DNA from: Gammaproteobacteria bacterium
GTDB lineage: Bacteria; Pseudomonadota; Gammaproteobacteria; JACQPQ01
Assembly: GCA_016207405.1 (NCBI GenBank)
Contig: JACQPQ010000034.1
Coordinates: 1 to 56,370, forward strand
Length of the DNA: 56,370 bases
Direction of reading: 5' to 3'
Each line of letters starts with the position of its first letter. The first letter of the stretch is position 1. Positions 1 to 9,898 of this stretch are shown one piece after another. The position numbers were made by a program, and so were the translations under genes. The notes under the pieces were generated by a model, which was given only the letters and a program-made list of their open reading frames with translations, did not search any database and was not told where the DNA came from.

Positions 1-229
1 AGTCCGAGTGGCGGCTCACCCCCGTGTCCAGTATGGCTACCACCACACCTTTCCCGGTGATCCCTTTCTTGTGAAGGAGGGGGACATTGAGCTTTTCGAG
101 ACCGTAGGGGATAGTTTGCCCCGTTTGCCCCAGCTGGTCTCGGTTAAACGGGTCCGAAAACTGAACGGGGGGTAAATGGACCTCCCCGCGAAAAATGCTG
201 AAAGGTTTTTTTAAGGAGTTGGTGTACAT
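1..229 (-). CDS. S8 family serine peptidase (subtilisin-like, probably intracellular type), 5' part only; runs off the window edge
   Basis: Manual translation from ATG at 229 gives MYTNSLKKPFSIFRGEVHLPPVQFSDPFNRDQLGQTGQTIPYGLEKLNVPLLHKKGITGKGVVVAILDTGVSRHSD. It contains the subtilase catalytic Asp motif VAILDTG. AGGAGG SD lies just upstream. Absent from the ORF track. Confidence 0.85.
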   Translation of the reverse strand, partial: MYTNSLKKPFSIFRGEVHLPPVQFSDPFNRDQLGQTGQTIPYGLEKLNVPLLHKKGITGKGVVVAILDTGVSRHSD

Positions 230-230
230 G

Positions 231-246
231 ACACACCTCCTTGTGT
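231..246 (-). promoter_or_regulatory. Putative CsrA/RsmA-binding hairpin over the SD of the S8 gene
   Basis: Minus strand reads ACACA-AGGAGG-TGTGT, a 5-bp stem with a GGA loop that matches (A/U)CANGGANG(U/A). Confidence 0.6.
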
Positions 247-302
247 AAAAGATATGGTTACACGGGTAGCCCCGTGTAAGGTCCTAGCAAAACAATCGAA
301 GT

Positions 303-331
303 ATGGTAAACACGTTAGTGAAGGGTGTCAA
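303..331 (-). promoter_or_regulatory. sigma70-type promoter of the S8 peptidase gene
   Basis: TTGACA (331-326), 17-nt spacer, TACCAT (308-303) on the minus strand. Confidence 0.65.
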
Positions 332-338
332 TTTAAAA

Positions 339-394
339 TAGGATTTAGGATTTAGGATTTAGGATTTAGGATTTAGGATTTAGGATTTAGGATT
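339..394. repeat. Heptamer tandem repeat (TAGGATT)x8
   Basis: Eight perfect consecutive copies read directly. Confidence 0.97.
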
Positions 395-395
395 T

Positions 396-439
396 GTAGG
401 GTGGACAAAGCGAGCGTACGCGAGCGGTCCACCAATTCC
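396..439 (+). repeat. GTAG-family REP-like element, family A copy 1
   Basis: GTAGGGTGGACAAAGCGAGCGTACGCGAGCGGTCCACCAATTCC; near-identical copies at 8977-9020 (-) and 43468-43511 (+). Confidence 0.9.
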
Positions 440-441
440 AG

Positions 442-924
442 CTAGGGTTCGATAAGCACAGGAGTAGCGACGATAACAATGTCGAATAACTCAATGATGT
501 CTTGGTTTCGCATGCGAATGCACCCGTGGGAATGCGGTCGTCCAATGCTTGATTCATCGGCAGTACCATGGATATAAATAAACCGCTGCATCGTATCCAC
601 CGGCCCTAATCGATTAATGCCTTTTTCACATCCTGATAACCACAGAATACGAGTTAAGATCCAATCCCGATTGGGATATTGCTTTCCTAAGTTCTCTGAA
701 TAAATTTCGCCTGTGGGACGACGGTTGACAAATACACTCTTGGCCGGCATGCCGGCTCCAATTTTAGCTCGAATAATATGTCGCCCAACGGGAGTTTGAT
801 AACTTCCTTTTTCTTGGCCTACGCCAAAGGAAGAAGTAGAAATAGAATATTTCGTATCGGATTCTTTACCCCGGTCAGAAAATACATATAATTTTTGTTC
901 TGGGATTCGAATAAGAAGGTGCAT
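442..924 (-). CDS. L,D-transpeptidase (YkuD family)
   Basis: IYIHGT...SHGCIRM catalytic His/Cys motif. Start moved to MHLLIRI (924, GAGGG SD) because the longer ORF start reads through a palindromic repeat. Confidence 0.9.
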   Translation of the reverse strand: MHLLIRIPEQKLYVFSDRGKESDTKYSISTSSFGVGQEKGSYQTPVGRHIIRAKIGAGMPAKSVFVNRRPTGEIYSENLGKQYPNRDWILTRILWLSGCEKGINRLGPVDTMQRFIYIHGTADESSIGRPHSHGCIRMRNQDIIELFDIVIVATPVLIEP

Positions 925-925
925 G

Positions 926-972
926 CCCTCACCCGGCACTTCGTGCCGACCTCTCCCGCTTTTCGGGAGAGG
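926..972. repeat. Palindromic element CCCTCACCC...CCTCTCCCG-CTTTT-CGGGAGAGG, possibly acting as the fadL terminator
   Basis: Hairpins CGGCAC/GTGCCG and CCTCTCCCG/CGGGAGAGG; a related CTCTCCCG..CGGGGGAGGGG sequence lies at ~17941-17966. Confidence 0.6.
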
Positions 973-998
973 TGAAATTGGCACATGCTGGTTTAAAT

Positions 999-2312
999 TT
1001 ATATATTCCAGGCTACCTGAACACCCAGGAGATCAGCCTTACCATCATATTTGCCATTTATGGCAGCAAAACTCGTTACTGCTCCTGTCGCAGCATTTAA
1101 AGGCGCTGTTTCATTCACTGGAATATTGTTTTCAAAAAACACGTGAGCATAACCCACATCAAAAACAACTTTCTGGCTGTTTGTACGATATTGGAAACCC
1201 ACTGCAAGCCATTGACGGTCGGAATCAGGCAAACGAGAAGTTCTGTGTCTGTTTCGAACGGGTGAGTTATCATACATATATCCAGCTCGGACTGCCCAAT
1301 TATCTGTTAAACGATAGTTGGTCCCAACAGAATACCTCCAAGTATCTTCATAATTTTGAGGGGTAATGGTGTCAGGTAAAGCAGTTTCCGGAAAATTAAT
1401 CCTGAGCTTTTTGAATCGACTCCAATTAGTATAAGCAACATCTACTAGTAAGTCCCACTGAGGATTAAGACTCTGCGATAAACTAGCGGTTATAGTTTCT
1501 GGTAGAGTGACCCTTCCATTCACATGTTGTGGCACAAGGACCGTCGGGGCGGCTGCTACACCTGCGCCTTCAAATTTAGCCTTACCCTTCAAATCATAAT
1601 TTATTTTAGAGCGATAGGCTAAACCCACTTTGGTACGTTCTTGGTTAAACCGAGCTAATAAACCAACATTCCAACCTGGACCCCAATCGTCCGCCGTGAT
1701 CTTGGATTCAAAATCACCGGCTGCATCGGCCAATCGCGATGCATTGTTTAATTTTGCACGTAAGTATTGTGCACTCACACCCACCCCAGCAGAAAGCCAC
1801 GGAGTGGCTTGATAAGCTAATGAAGGATTTAAATCAATAGTGATTAGTTCTGAACGAGTCGCATGATATCTTTGTATGGCATCCATATCATATTCTGTAG
1901 CAAGGCCAAATGGAGACGTGATACTAAATCCAACGCCCCAGCGGTCTGTTAGAGGATTCGTATAATGAATGGCTGGAAGCACAGAAGGAACGGCCGGATC
2001 ATCGTGCTGCTTTCCTGTAAGGTTATTCGCCCCTGCAGGTCCTGTCGGGATAGTGCCACTCGTATGCGTATAATCAAAATCCCCATGAATATAAGTACCA
2101 CTGGCCATCGCTTGATGTTTATTTAACTGCATTATTCCCGCAGGATTGTAAAACGCAGTAGACGCATCATACGCACTTGCTGCGGTTCCTGAAAAAGCAG
2201 TCCCTAGATAGGATGAGGCTGCCTCATTGTTTTGGAACCCAGACGCCCAGAGAACTGTTGAAACACTGAGTGACAGAATTCCAAGTAAACATTGATTCAA
2301 TCGAACTCTCAT
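999..2312 (-). CDS. fadL: OmpP1/FadL/TodX family outer-membrane long-chain fatty acid transporter
   Basis: Signal peptide, then ASGF, DASTAFYNPAG, PFGLATEY and RLPDSDR motifs; beta-barrel-type C-terminus. Start taken after an AAAGGAGG SD. Confidence 0.9.
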   Translation of the reverse strand: MRVRLNQCLLGILSLSVSTVLWASGFQNNEAASSYLGTAFSGTAASAYDASTAFYNPAGIMQLNKHQAMASGTYIHGDFDYTHTSGTIPTGPAGANNLTGKQHDDPAVPSVLPAIHYTNPLTDRWGVGFSITSPFGLATEYDMDAIQRYHATRSELITIDLNPSLAYQATPWLSAGVGVSAQYLRAKLNNASRLADAAGDFESKITADDWGPGWNVGLLARFNQERTKVGLAYRSKINYDLKGKAKFEGAGVAAAPTVLVPQHVNGRVTLPETITASLSQSLNPQWDLLVDVAYTNWSRFKKLRINFPETALPDTITPQNYEDTWRYSVGTNYRLTDNWAVRAGYMYDNSPVRNRHRTSRLPDSDRQWLAVGFQYRTNSQKVVFDVGYAHVFFENNIPVNETAPLNAATGAVTSFAAINGKYDGKADLLGVQVAWNI

Positions 2313-2438
2313 AAAACCTCCTTTCATAGTTAAATGTTAAGCCCTAACTTTTGAAGAAGCCTTCCTTTGCAACCGAAAGGCATCCTTATCAAGAGTGGGG
2401 AACACCATACACCATTTCGAAAATAAAAAAAAGAAGTT

Positions 2439-4571
2439 TCAAATTTTGACGTGACTCAGTCGTAAGGCATTGTAAACAACCGATACAGAACTCAAACTCA
2501 TGGCAAATGCAGCTATCATGGGGGATAAGAGTAAACCCGTAGAAGGGTATAAAAGCCCCGCAGCAATCGGTATACCTAAAGCATTATACAAAAAGGCAAA
2601 CATCAAATTCTGACGCATATTTCGAACCGTGGCAGAAGATAAAAGCCGTGCGGTTACAATGCCTCGCAAATCACTCTTTACCAAAGTAACCTCTGCGCTT
2701 TGCATGGCAATATCTGAGCCCGTTCCCATTGCAATCCCAACATCCGCTTGTGCTAAGGCAGGCGCATCGTTGATGCCATCCCCTACCATAGCGACGCGAT
2801 GCCCTTTTTGTTGAAGATTGGAAATGATCTGCATTTTATCTTCTGGTCGCACTTGGGCATGAATTTCGCCAATGCCTAAACGAGATCCTATCGCTTCTGC
2901 CGTCCCCAAAGCATCACCCGTTGCCATGACTATTTCAATGCCCATAGCTTGAAGCGCTTCCAAAGCATCTGGAGTAGTTGTTTTAATTGGATCAGAAATC
3001 GCAATAACGGCTTTCAATAGATTATCGACCGCAACAAAGATCACACTCGAACCCTGCGTACGAAGATATTCTGCCTGCTTGACCAGTGCAGGATCTGGAA
3101 TGCCCTGCTGTTTTAAAAACGCACGATTACCCACAACAAGTGTTTTGCCTTCCACCTGCCCTTGGATCCCAAAACCGCTTTCTGACTTAAAATATTCAGG
3201 TTTTCTGAGCACAAGGTTTCGTTTTCTAGATTCTTCTATTAAGGCTTTTGCAAAAGGATGCTCGCTCGCCTGTTCCAAACTGGCTACACCTCGAATAATC
3301 TCATCTTCAGAAACATCCGGGCAAAGAACTATTTTTTCAAAGCCGGGTTTACCTAAGGTTAGAGTTCCTGTTTTATCCAGGATAATCGTATCCACACGAC
3401 TCAGGTGCTCTATAGCTCTGGCACCCCTAAACAGAATGCCGGCCTTCGCGGCCCTTCCAAAAGCGACTCTAACCGATAAAGGCGTCGCAAGCCCCAGTGC
3501 ACAAGGACACGCAATAATGAGAACCGATACCGCACTGATAAGTGCATACAGTAAACTGGGAGAAGGGCCCCATGCCCACCATATTAAAAATGTGAGAAAA
3601 GAAATCCCAATCACACCGAGCACAAAATAGTGAGCAACACTATCGGCAAGTTTTTGCATGGGCGCACGCGAACGCTCGGCTTCGGCTACGCACGCTATGA
3701 TCTGTGCAAGAACCGTCTGCATTCCCACATGCGACGCACGCATCGCGACACTTCCATTGGTATTCAAGGTTGCCCCTATCAATAGATCACCAGGCTGTTT
3801 TTTAACCGGAAAAGATTCACCGGTTAACATGGATTCATCCACGCGACTTTCGCCTTCTACGACGACACCATCTACCGGTATAGTTTCACCCGGCCGAACT
3901 CGAAGCAGATCACCCACACAAACCTTTTCCAAAAGAATATCTTCTTCCTTCCCCTCTCCCATTATTTTTCGAGCCGTTTTGGGAGAAAGCCTCATCAGGG
4001 AACGAATGGCATCCGACGTTTTGGCGCGAGCAGAAAGTTCTAAAATTTGACCCCAAAGCGTCAAAGAAATAATCACGGTAGCCACTTCAAAATAGACGGC
4101 GAGGCGACCTCCCACCCAAAATGAGAGTGGGAATAACTCCGGGAAGATTGTTGCCGTAACACTGTAAAGAAAAGCAGCGCCTGTCCCACAGGCAATGAGC
4201 GTCCACATATTGGGTTTTCGGGCAATTAACGACTGTGCCCCTCGAATAAAAAAAGGCAAACCTGCCCAGAGAAGAACGGGGATTGAAAGTAAAAAGGCAG
4301 TCCAGTTTTGCTGGGGTGGGGAAAATCCTTCAAGCTTATGCCCCACCATGGCAAGGGTCATCACGAGAAGGGTAAACGGTAAACTCCACACAAATCGCAA
4401 CCGAAAGTTTTTTAATTCGGGCGACTCCTCCTCTTTTAGTGGTTTTGGCAGAAAAGCCTCAAGCGCCATACCACATTTCGGACAGATCCCTGGCTTCGTC
4501 TGCCTAACTTCAGGATGCATCGGACAAGTGTATTCAGTCACTTCATTCATAGGGAGAACTAGATAACGCAA
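2439..4571 (-). CDS. copA: Copper-translocating P1B-type ATPase
   Basis: YTCPMHP metal-binding domain, [31 protein letters not shown] and MSLSSVSV motifs. Confidence 0.93.
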   Translation of the reverse strand: MRYLVLPMNEVTEYTCPMHPEVRQTKPGICPKCGMALEAFLPKPLKEEESPELKNFRLRFVWSLPFTLLVMTLAMVGHKLEGFSPPQQNWTAFLLSIPVLLWAGLPFFIRGAQSLIARKPNMWTLIACGTGAAFLYSVTATIFPELFPLSFWVGGRLAVYFEVATVIISLTLWGQILELSARAKTSDAIRSLMRLSPKTARKIMGEGKEEDILLEKVCVGDLLRVRPGETIPVDGVVVEGESRVDESMLTGESFPVKKQPGDLLIGATLNTNGSVAMRASHVGMQTVLAQIIACVAEAERSRAPMQKLADSVAHYFVLGVIGISFLTFLIWWAWGPSPSLLYALISAVSVLIIACPCALGLATPLSVRVAFGRAAKAGILFRGARAIEHLSRVDTIILDKTGTLTLGKPGFEKIVLCPDVSEDEIIRGVASLEQASEHPFAKALIEESRKRNLVLRKPEYFKSESGFGIQGQVEGKTLVVGNRAFLKQQGIPDPALVKQAEYLRTQGSSVIFVAVDNLLKAVIAISDPIKTTTPDALEALQAMGIEIVMATGDALGTAEAIGSRLGIGEIHAQVRPEDKMQIISNLQQKGHRVAMVGDGINDAPALAQADVGIAMGTGSDIAMQSAEVTLVKSDLRGIVTARLLSSATVRNMRQNLMFAFLYNALGIPIAAGLLYPSTGLLLSPMIAAFAMSLSSVSVVYNALRLSHVKI

Positions 4572-4675
4572 TGAGATAAATGAGTGAATTGAACGCAGTT
4601 TATAGGGTTAATTCACTAATTATTTCTTTTTTTAGGTAAATTGACTAAAATGGTTCTTAAAATGGTTCTAATATA

Positions 4676-5572
4676 ATGAGTATAACCAAACCAATCAAAA
4701 ACCACATTCAGGCTTTAAGAGCTGAATATGAGGTCCTTCGTAAGGGAAAGGATTCTCTTTTAGTCATGATCGATGAGGCAGAAATACCGGAAAGTGTATA
4801 CAACTCAAACGCTATAGAGAACTCTACACTTACTCTCAAGGAAACCGAAAAGATTCTTTTGGATATGGAGGTTGCACGAAATATTTCATTACGTGAAGTT
4901 TATGAGGCAAAAAACCTTGCTCGAGTCATCGGTTATATTCGCAACAAATCACAAGAGACGGAAGTAAACCGAGAACTTGTATTGTTTCTGCACCAGATGC
5001 TTATAGGCGGAATTGACGACCAGATCGCCGGACGCTTTCGAGAACCCGGCGAATATGTGCGCGTCGGTACACACATCGCACCCGCTCCAGAACACGTTGA
5101 GAAATTGATTGGATCTATTATCATCGAGTATGCCAGTGACTTGTCCGCTTACTTTTTAGATAAAATCGCGAAATTCCATTTGGATTTTGAAACCATCCAT
5201 CCATTCTGCGATGGCAACGGTCGTATCGGTCGCGTACTGCTCTCTTTCCAACTTCAGCATCTCGGTTTCCCTATGATTATTATTCGGGATTGTGAGAAAA
5301 AAAAATACTACCAATCTTTTGGCGACTATCGCGACAGTAACAACACCAAAACATTGGAAAAAATTATCTCTCTTGGACTGACCGAATCGTTTCATAAGCG
5401 AATCGCCTACCTTAAAGGTGACAACATTATTAGACTGTCCGAATTTACGAAAAGGCACGGCAAGTCTGCCTCAGCAATAACGAACGCTGCTCGTCGACAG
5501 AACATTCCAGCCTTTAGAGAGAAGGGTGTTTGGAAGATCAGTGGAAATTTCGAGTATACAAAAAGTCTGTAA
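4676..5572 (+). CDS. Fic-domain AMPylase with N-terminal autoinhibitory helix and short C-terminal putative DNA-binding domain
   Basis: HPFCDGNGRIGR Fic motif; SNAIEN inhibitory motif. Confidence 0.9.
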   Translation: MSITKPIKNHIQALRAEYEVLRKGKDSLLVMIDEAEIPESVYNSNAIENSTLTLKETEKILLDMEVARNISLREVYEAKNLARVIGYIRNKSQETEVNRELVLFLHQMLIGGIDDQIAGRFREPGEYVRVGTHIAPAPEHVEKLIGSIIIEYASDLSAYFLDKIAKFHLDFETIHPFCDGNGRIGRVLLSFQLQHLGFPMIIIRDCEKKKYYQSFGDYRDSNNTKTLEKIISLGLTESFHKRIAYLKGDNIIRLSEFTKRHGKSASAITNAARRQNIPAFREKGVWKISGNFEYTKSL

Positions 5573-5629
5573 TAGGGGAAGAAAATAGAGGATAGACAAA
5601 CCCTAGTCACTTGAGTCACAATTTTGGCT

Positions 5630-6094
5630 ATGCCAAAACAGAATGAAATCATTTTAGTGCTGCATGGCCCTAATTTAAACTTATTGGGAACTCGCCAGCG
5701 CGAAATTTATGGCTCCGTTCCCTTACAAATTTTAAATCAGCGGTTGGTCAAATTAGCGGCTCAATTTGGCCATAAGCTCATCTCTAAACAGAGTAATAGT
5801 GAGCATGCCCTGATTGAAGAGATCCATCAAGCACCTAAAAAAGGAGTTCGGTTTATTCTCTTTAACCCTGCTGCATTTACGCATACGAGCGTGGCTTTGC
5901 GGGATGCTCTCCTTGCAGTATCGCTGCCTTTTATTGAAGTGCACCTCTCTAACCTCTACGCACGAGAACCTTTCCGGTCTCATTCCTATTTTTCAGATAT
6001 CGCCCTCGGCGTTATCGTTGGGTTTGGATCAAAAGGATATGAGTTAGCACTCCATGCCGCCATCGATTACCTGGCTATCGAAAAAACTCCATAA
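5630..6094 (+). CDS. aroQ: Type II 3-dehydroquinate dehydratase
   Basis: [32 protein letters not shown] motifs. Confidence 0.96.
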   Translation: MPKQNEIILVLHGPNLNLLGTRQREIYGSVPLQILNQRLVKLAAQFGHKLISKQSNSEHALIEEIHQAPKKGVRFILFNPAAFTHTSVALRDALLAVSLPFIEVHLSNLYAREPFRSHSYFSDIALGVIVGFGSKGYELALHAAIDYLAIEKTP

Positions 6095-6098
6095 CCTT

Positions 6099-6551
6099 AT
6101 GGATATCCGAAAAATAAAAAAACTTATTAAACTTTTAGAACAATCTGGGATCTCTGAACTTGAAGTTAAAGAGGGCGAAGAATCCATTCGGATTAGCCGG
6201 CATGGAACCATTATTCATGCTGATCGCGCTCTCCCCTCCCAACCCTCACCTCCTTCCTCCGAAAAACAAGAAAGTCAAACAGAACCCCCTCCTCGTCCCC
6301 CAGATCATACGCAACATACAATAAAAGCGCCCATGGTCGGTACATTTTATCGCTCGCCTTCGCCCAACCTTCCTCCATTTGTAAACGTGGGACAGAAGAT
6401 AGGCAAAGGAGATATTCTGTGCATCATTGAGGCCATGAAGATGTTCAACCGTATTGAAGCAGATCAAGAAGGGCTCCTCCAAAATATTTTAGTTGAAAGT
6501 GGACAGGCTGTAGAATTTGACCAGCCGCTTTTTATCATTCAACTGGCATAA
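6099..6551 (+). CDS. accB: Acetyl-CoA carboxylase biotin carboxyl carrier protein
   Basis: [10 protein letters not shown] start; EAMKM biotinylation motif. Confidence 0.96.
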   Translation: MDIRKIKKLIKLLEQSGISELEVKEGEESIRISRHGTIIHADRALPSQPSPPSSEKQESQTEPPPRPPDHTQHTIKAPMVGTFYRSPSPNLPPFVNVGQKIGKGDILCIIEAMKMFNRIEADQEGLLQNILVESGQAVEFDQPLFIIQLA

Positions 6552-6577
6552 TGGCTTAACATAAAGGGTGCCTTGGA

Positions 6578-7921
6578 ATGCTAGACAAAGTTGTGATTGC
6601 CAATCGGGGGGAAATTGCACTCCGAATTTTACGAGCCTGCAAAGAACTCAATATTAAAACGGTAGCCGTTCATTCCACCATAGACAAAGATTTGATGCAT
6701 GTGCGGTTAGCCCATGAATCCGTCTGTATAGGCCCCCCCTCCCCTTTGCAGAGTTATCTCAATGCCCCCGCTATCATCTCTGCTGCCGAAGTGACCGATG
6801 CGGTTGCTATCCATCCAGGCTATGGTTTTCTATCTGAAAATGCGGACTTTGCCGAACAAGTGGAAAATAGCGGCTTTATATTCGTAGGCCCCACCCCTCA
6901 GAATATCCGCCTTCTAGGAAACAAGTTAGCGGCACGCGCGCTCATGCAAAAAATGGGAATTCCATGTGTTTTGGGAGGAGAAGGCGCTTTAAGTGATGTC
7001 CTGGAAACCCAATATGCGCTTGCAAAAAAAATTGGCTACCCCATCATCCTTAAAGCTGCCGCAGGAGGGGGGGGGCGCGGCATGCGGGTCATCCATAGCG
7101 AAGCGGCACTCGCGAATGCCGTTGCCATCACTCGGTTAGAGGCAAAAAACGCTTTTAATGATCCTGCGATATATATGGAAAAATTTTTAGAAGATCCGCG
7201 TCACATTGAAGTCCAGGTGATTTCAGATGGACAAGGACACGCCATTTTCCTCGGAGAAAGAGAGTGTTCATTGCAACGCAAACACCAGAAGATTCTAGAA
7301 GAAGCCCCCGCATCCATACTCACGCCCGCTCTCCGGCAGGACATGGGTGAACGGTGTGTCAATGTATGTTTGGAAACGGGGTATCGAGGCGTTGGAACTT
7401 TTGAATTCCTTTACCAAGAAGGGCAATTTTATTTTATTGAAATGAACACAAGGCTTCAGGTTGAGCATCCTGTCACAGAAATGGTCACAGGCATAGATAT
7501 TGTCAAAGAGCAGCTCTCACTTGCAGCAGGCGAACCATTATCTGTGCGACAAGAAGATGTCACCGTGCGAGGGCACGCCATCGAATGCCGCATCAATGCG
7601 GAGCATCCTATGCATTTTACACCGAGTCCAGGCGTAGTAACCTTTTATCATCCTCCTGGGGGCCCTAGTGTCCGAGTGGACTCTCATCTTTATACTGGGT
7701 ATGTCATCCCTCCGTATTATGATTCTTTAGTGGCTAAAGTCATCACACACGGAGAAACCCGTTCTATTGCGATTTCAAGAATGGTCCATGCTCTGGAAGA
7801 AATGGTGATAGAAGGGGTGGATACGCTCATTCCTTTGCATAAAGAAATTTTACACGACACTGCTTTTTTAGAAGGCCACATTCACACACATTTTTTGGAA
7901 AGAAAGTTAGGGATAAGCTAA
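6578..7921 (+). CDS. accC: Acetyl-CoA carboxylase biotin carboxylase
   Basis: [35 protein letters not shown] motifs. Confidence 0.97.
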   Translation: MLDKVVIANRGEIALRILRACKELNIKTVAVHSTIDKDLMHVRLAHESVCIGPPSPLQSYLNAPAIISAAEVTDAVAIHPGYGFLSENADFAEQVENSGFIFVGPTPQNIRLLGNKLAARALMQKMGIPCVLGGEGALSDVLETQYALAKKIGYPIILKAAAGGGGRGMRVIHSEAALANAVAITRLEAKNAFNDPAIYMEKFLEDPRHIEVQVISDGQGHAIFLGERECSLQRKHQKILEEAPASILTPALRQDMGERCVNVCLETGYRGVGTFEFLYQEGQFYFIEMNTRLQVEHPVTEMVTGIDIVKEQLSLAAGEPLSVRQEDVTVRGHAIECRINAEHPMHFTPSPGVVTFYHPPGGPSVRVDSHLYTGYVIPPYYDSLVAKVITHGETRSIAISRMVHALEEMVIEGVDTLIPLHKEILHDTAFLEGHIHTHFLERKLGIS

Positions 7922-7941
7922 TTTTTTGAGGCCATTCCAAG

Positions 7942-7994
7942 AATATGTTTTACAAACATTATGTTTTTCGAACATAATGTTTGTAAAACATATT
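7942..7994. repeat. Perfect 24-bp AT-rich inverted repeat (5-nt loop) between convergent genes; possible bidirectional terminator
   Basis: AATATGTTTTACAAACATTATGTT-TTTCG-AACATAATGTTTGTAAAACATATT. Confidence 0.9.
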
Positions 7995-8023
7995 TAGTAA
8001 CCCCTCACCCCCTAAAAACCCTG

Positions 8024-8953
8024 TCATCGCAAGGCAGAGGCGAGCGTCGGATACGAAAATTTAAAACCCAGTTGTTTTAATCGTTCGGGAATGACGTTCT
8101 GCCCACCAAGCAAGAGTTCTTCTCCCATCTGACCGAACAGTATTTTGATTACAAAAGCCGGCATGGTTAAGCATAAAGGCCGGTGCATCACACGGGCTAA
8201 CTCTTTTGCAAATGCCTTTTGAGTAACACACTCTGGCGCGCATAAATTGACAGGCCCTGTGATCTCAGGGTGTTGCAGAAGAAAAAGAATGGCATAGACC
8301 AAATCATGAATATGAATCCATGAAAAGGGTTGACACCCGCTTCCGAGGCGACTGCCCAATCCAAACCAAAAGGAAGGTTCTAGCTTTTTTAACACCCCTT
8401 CCCACCGTTTTAATACCACTGCAAATCGCATAAGGGTTACTGGAATACCTGCCGAGACAGCTGGTTTTGTCGCTTCTTCCCAAGCTTGAGTTACTTCACT
8501 TAAAAAATCGGATGGATGTCCCCAATGAATTTTATGCGCTTCAGTCATGGGAGGTGGCAGCTTTTCTTCAACAGGCTGCCTCCCATAAATGCCTATTGCG
8601 CTGGTATTATAAAGATGCGGCTTTTTTTGCTCCGCACGTGCCGCCCAAGCCACCAATTTTTGAGTGGCATGGACGCGGCTGTCTTTTATTTTCTTTTTTA
8701 TGCGATCACTCCAACGGCTTTCCCCTATGTTTTCTCCTGCCAGGTTAATAATGGCATCAAACGAGTCGGGCAAAAGGGTATCGAGTTCGTTCCAAGAGTA
8801 GGGAGTCACCGTCGGTCCAAAAACTTTTGCGATTTTGTTAGCTGAACGGCCTATGACGACTAGTTCGTGATGTTCCTTCAATAAGGCTGGAACAAGATTT
8901 CTCCCCACAAAACCTGTAGCGCCAGCAAGAATTATTCTCATGGATTGTCTCAC
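8024..8953 (-). CDS. TIGR01777/YfcH family NAD-dependent epimerase-like oxidoreductase
   Basis: GATGFVG, INLAGENI, DSRV, SWIHIHD and PVNLCAP motifs. Confidence 0.88.
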   Translation of the reverse strand: MRQSMRIILAGATGFVGRNLVPALLKEHHELVVIGRSANKIAKVFGPTVTPYSWNELDTLLPDSFDAIINLAGENIGESRWSDRIKKKIKDSRVHATQKLVAWAARAEQKKPHLYNTSAIGIYGRQPVEEKLPPPMTEAHKIHWGHPSDFLSEVTQAWEEATKPAVSAGIPVTLMRFAVVLKRWEGVLKKLEPSFWFGLGSRLGSGCQPFSWIHIHDLVYAILFLLQHPEITGPVNLCAPECVTQKAFAKELARVMHRPLCLTMPAFVIKILFGQMGEELLLGGQNVIPERLKQLGFKFSYPTLASALR

Positions 8954-8976
8954 ATTATTTTACTCATTATAGACCT

Positions 8977-9020
8977 GGAATTGGTGGACCGCTCGCTCAA
9001 GCTCGCTTTGTCCACCCTAC
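8977..9020 (-). repeat. GTAG-family REP-like element, family A copy 2
   Basis: Reverse complement nearly identical to 396-439. Confidence 0.9.
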
Positions 9021-9024
9021 AAAA

Positions 9025-9077
9025 ACTTTTAGCGAGCAGCAGGCAGCGGAAAATACATAGTGAACCACCCATCAGTG
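9025..9077. repeat. Partial copy of palindromic MITE-like family B
   Basis: Reverse complement matches 31739-31792 with few mismatches. Confidence 0.85.
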
Positions 9078-9177
9078 AGAGATTACCTCGGGCAGAAAGA
9101 AGCACTTGAGACTTAAAAGACATTGATATAGAGTATCTTTCAATTCTCTTAGGCTTGATGCCGTAAAGGAGTCCACA

Positions 9178-9882
9178 ATGATTTTTTCAATTTACCGCTA
9201 CAATCCTGAACAGGATAAAAAACCCTACATGCAAGAGTTTGAAATCCCTTCTGATTTTGGTAAAAATAAAATGGTATTGGATGCGCTTATTTTTATAAAA
9301 GCTAACCAGGATGAAAGCCTTTCGTTTCGACGATCCTGTCGAGAAGGCGTATGTGGTTCGGATGGTCTCAATATCAATGGCAAAAATCAGTTGGCATGCA
9401 TTACCCCCATTACAGACGTTTCCAATCGAAAAAAAATAGTTGTCCGCCCTCTTCCAGGTCTACCTGTTATTCGAGATTTAGTAGTAGATATGGACCTTTT
9501 TTACAAGCAATATGAACGCATGGAACCTTATTTACAGAATGACACCCCTCCTCCTGAAAAAGAACGTTTACAGTCTCCTCAAGAACGCTCCAAACTGGAT
9601 GGGTTGTATGAGTGTATTTTATGTGCCTGCTGCTCTACATCTTGCCCTCCTTTTTGGTGGAATCCAGATAAGTTTGTTGGACCTGCGGGCCTTTTACAAG
9701 CCTACCGTTTTATAGCCGATAGCCGAGACACCGCCAAAGAAAAACGTTTAGCTAAACTGGGCGACCGTCATAGCCTATTTGGGTGTCGAGGGATTATGGA
9801 TTGTATCGATGTTTGTCCTAAACACCTCAATCCCACCCATGCCATTGGTATGCTAAAAGAAAACCTTGTGAAGGGAGGGTAG
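9178..9882 (+). CDS. sdhB: Succinate dehydrogenase iron-sulfur subunit
   Basis: [25 protein letters not shown] and [13 protein letters not shown] Fe-S motifs. Confidence 0.96.
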   Translation: MIFSIYRYNPEQDKKPYMQEFEIPSDFGKNKMVLDALIFIKANQDESLSFRRSCREGVCGSDGLNINGKNQLACITPITDVSNRKKIVVRPLPGLPVIRDLVVDMDLFYKQYERMEPYLQNDTPPPEKERLQSPQERSKLDGLYECILCACCSTSCPPFWWNPDKFVGPAGLLQAYRFIADSRDTAKEKRLAKLGDRHSLFGCRGIMDCIDVCPKHLNPTHAIGMLKENLVKGG

Positions 9883-9898
9883 ACATCCCTTAAACCTT

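Noticed and set aside
339-439. Possible CRISPR array or telomere-like end
   Set aside because: Contiguous 7-mers without spacers, no cas genes, and internal to a gene-dense region.
925-984. N-terminal extension of the L,D-transpeptidase in the ORF track
   Set aside because: Translated palindromic repeat; a better start with an SD exists at 924.
3079-4566. Plus-strand ORFs of 123-183 aa
   Set aside because: Antisense shadows of copA with no recognisable motifs.
7064-7076. G-run in accC as a phase-variation tract
   Set aside because: Encodes the conserved GGGGRG motif of an essential gene and the frame is intact.
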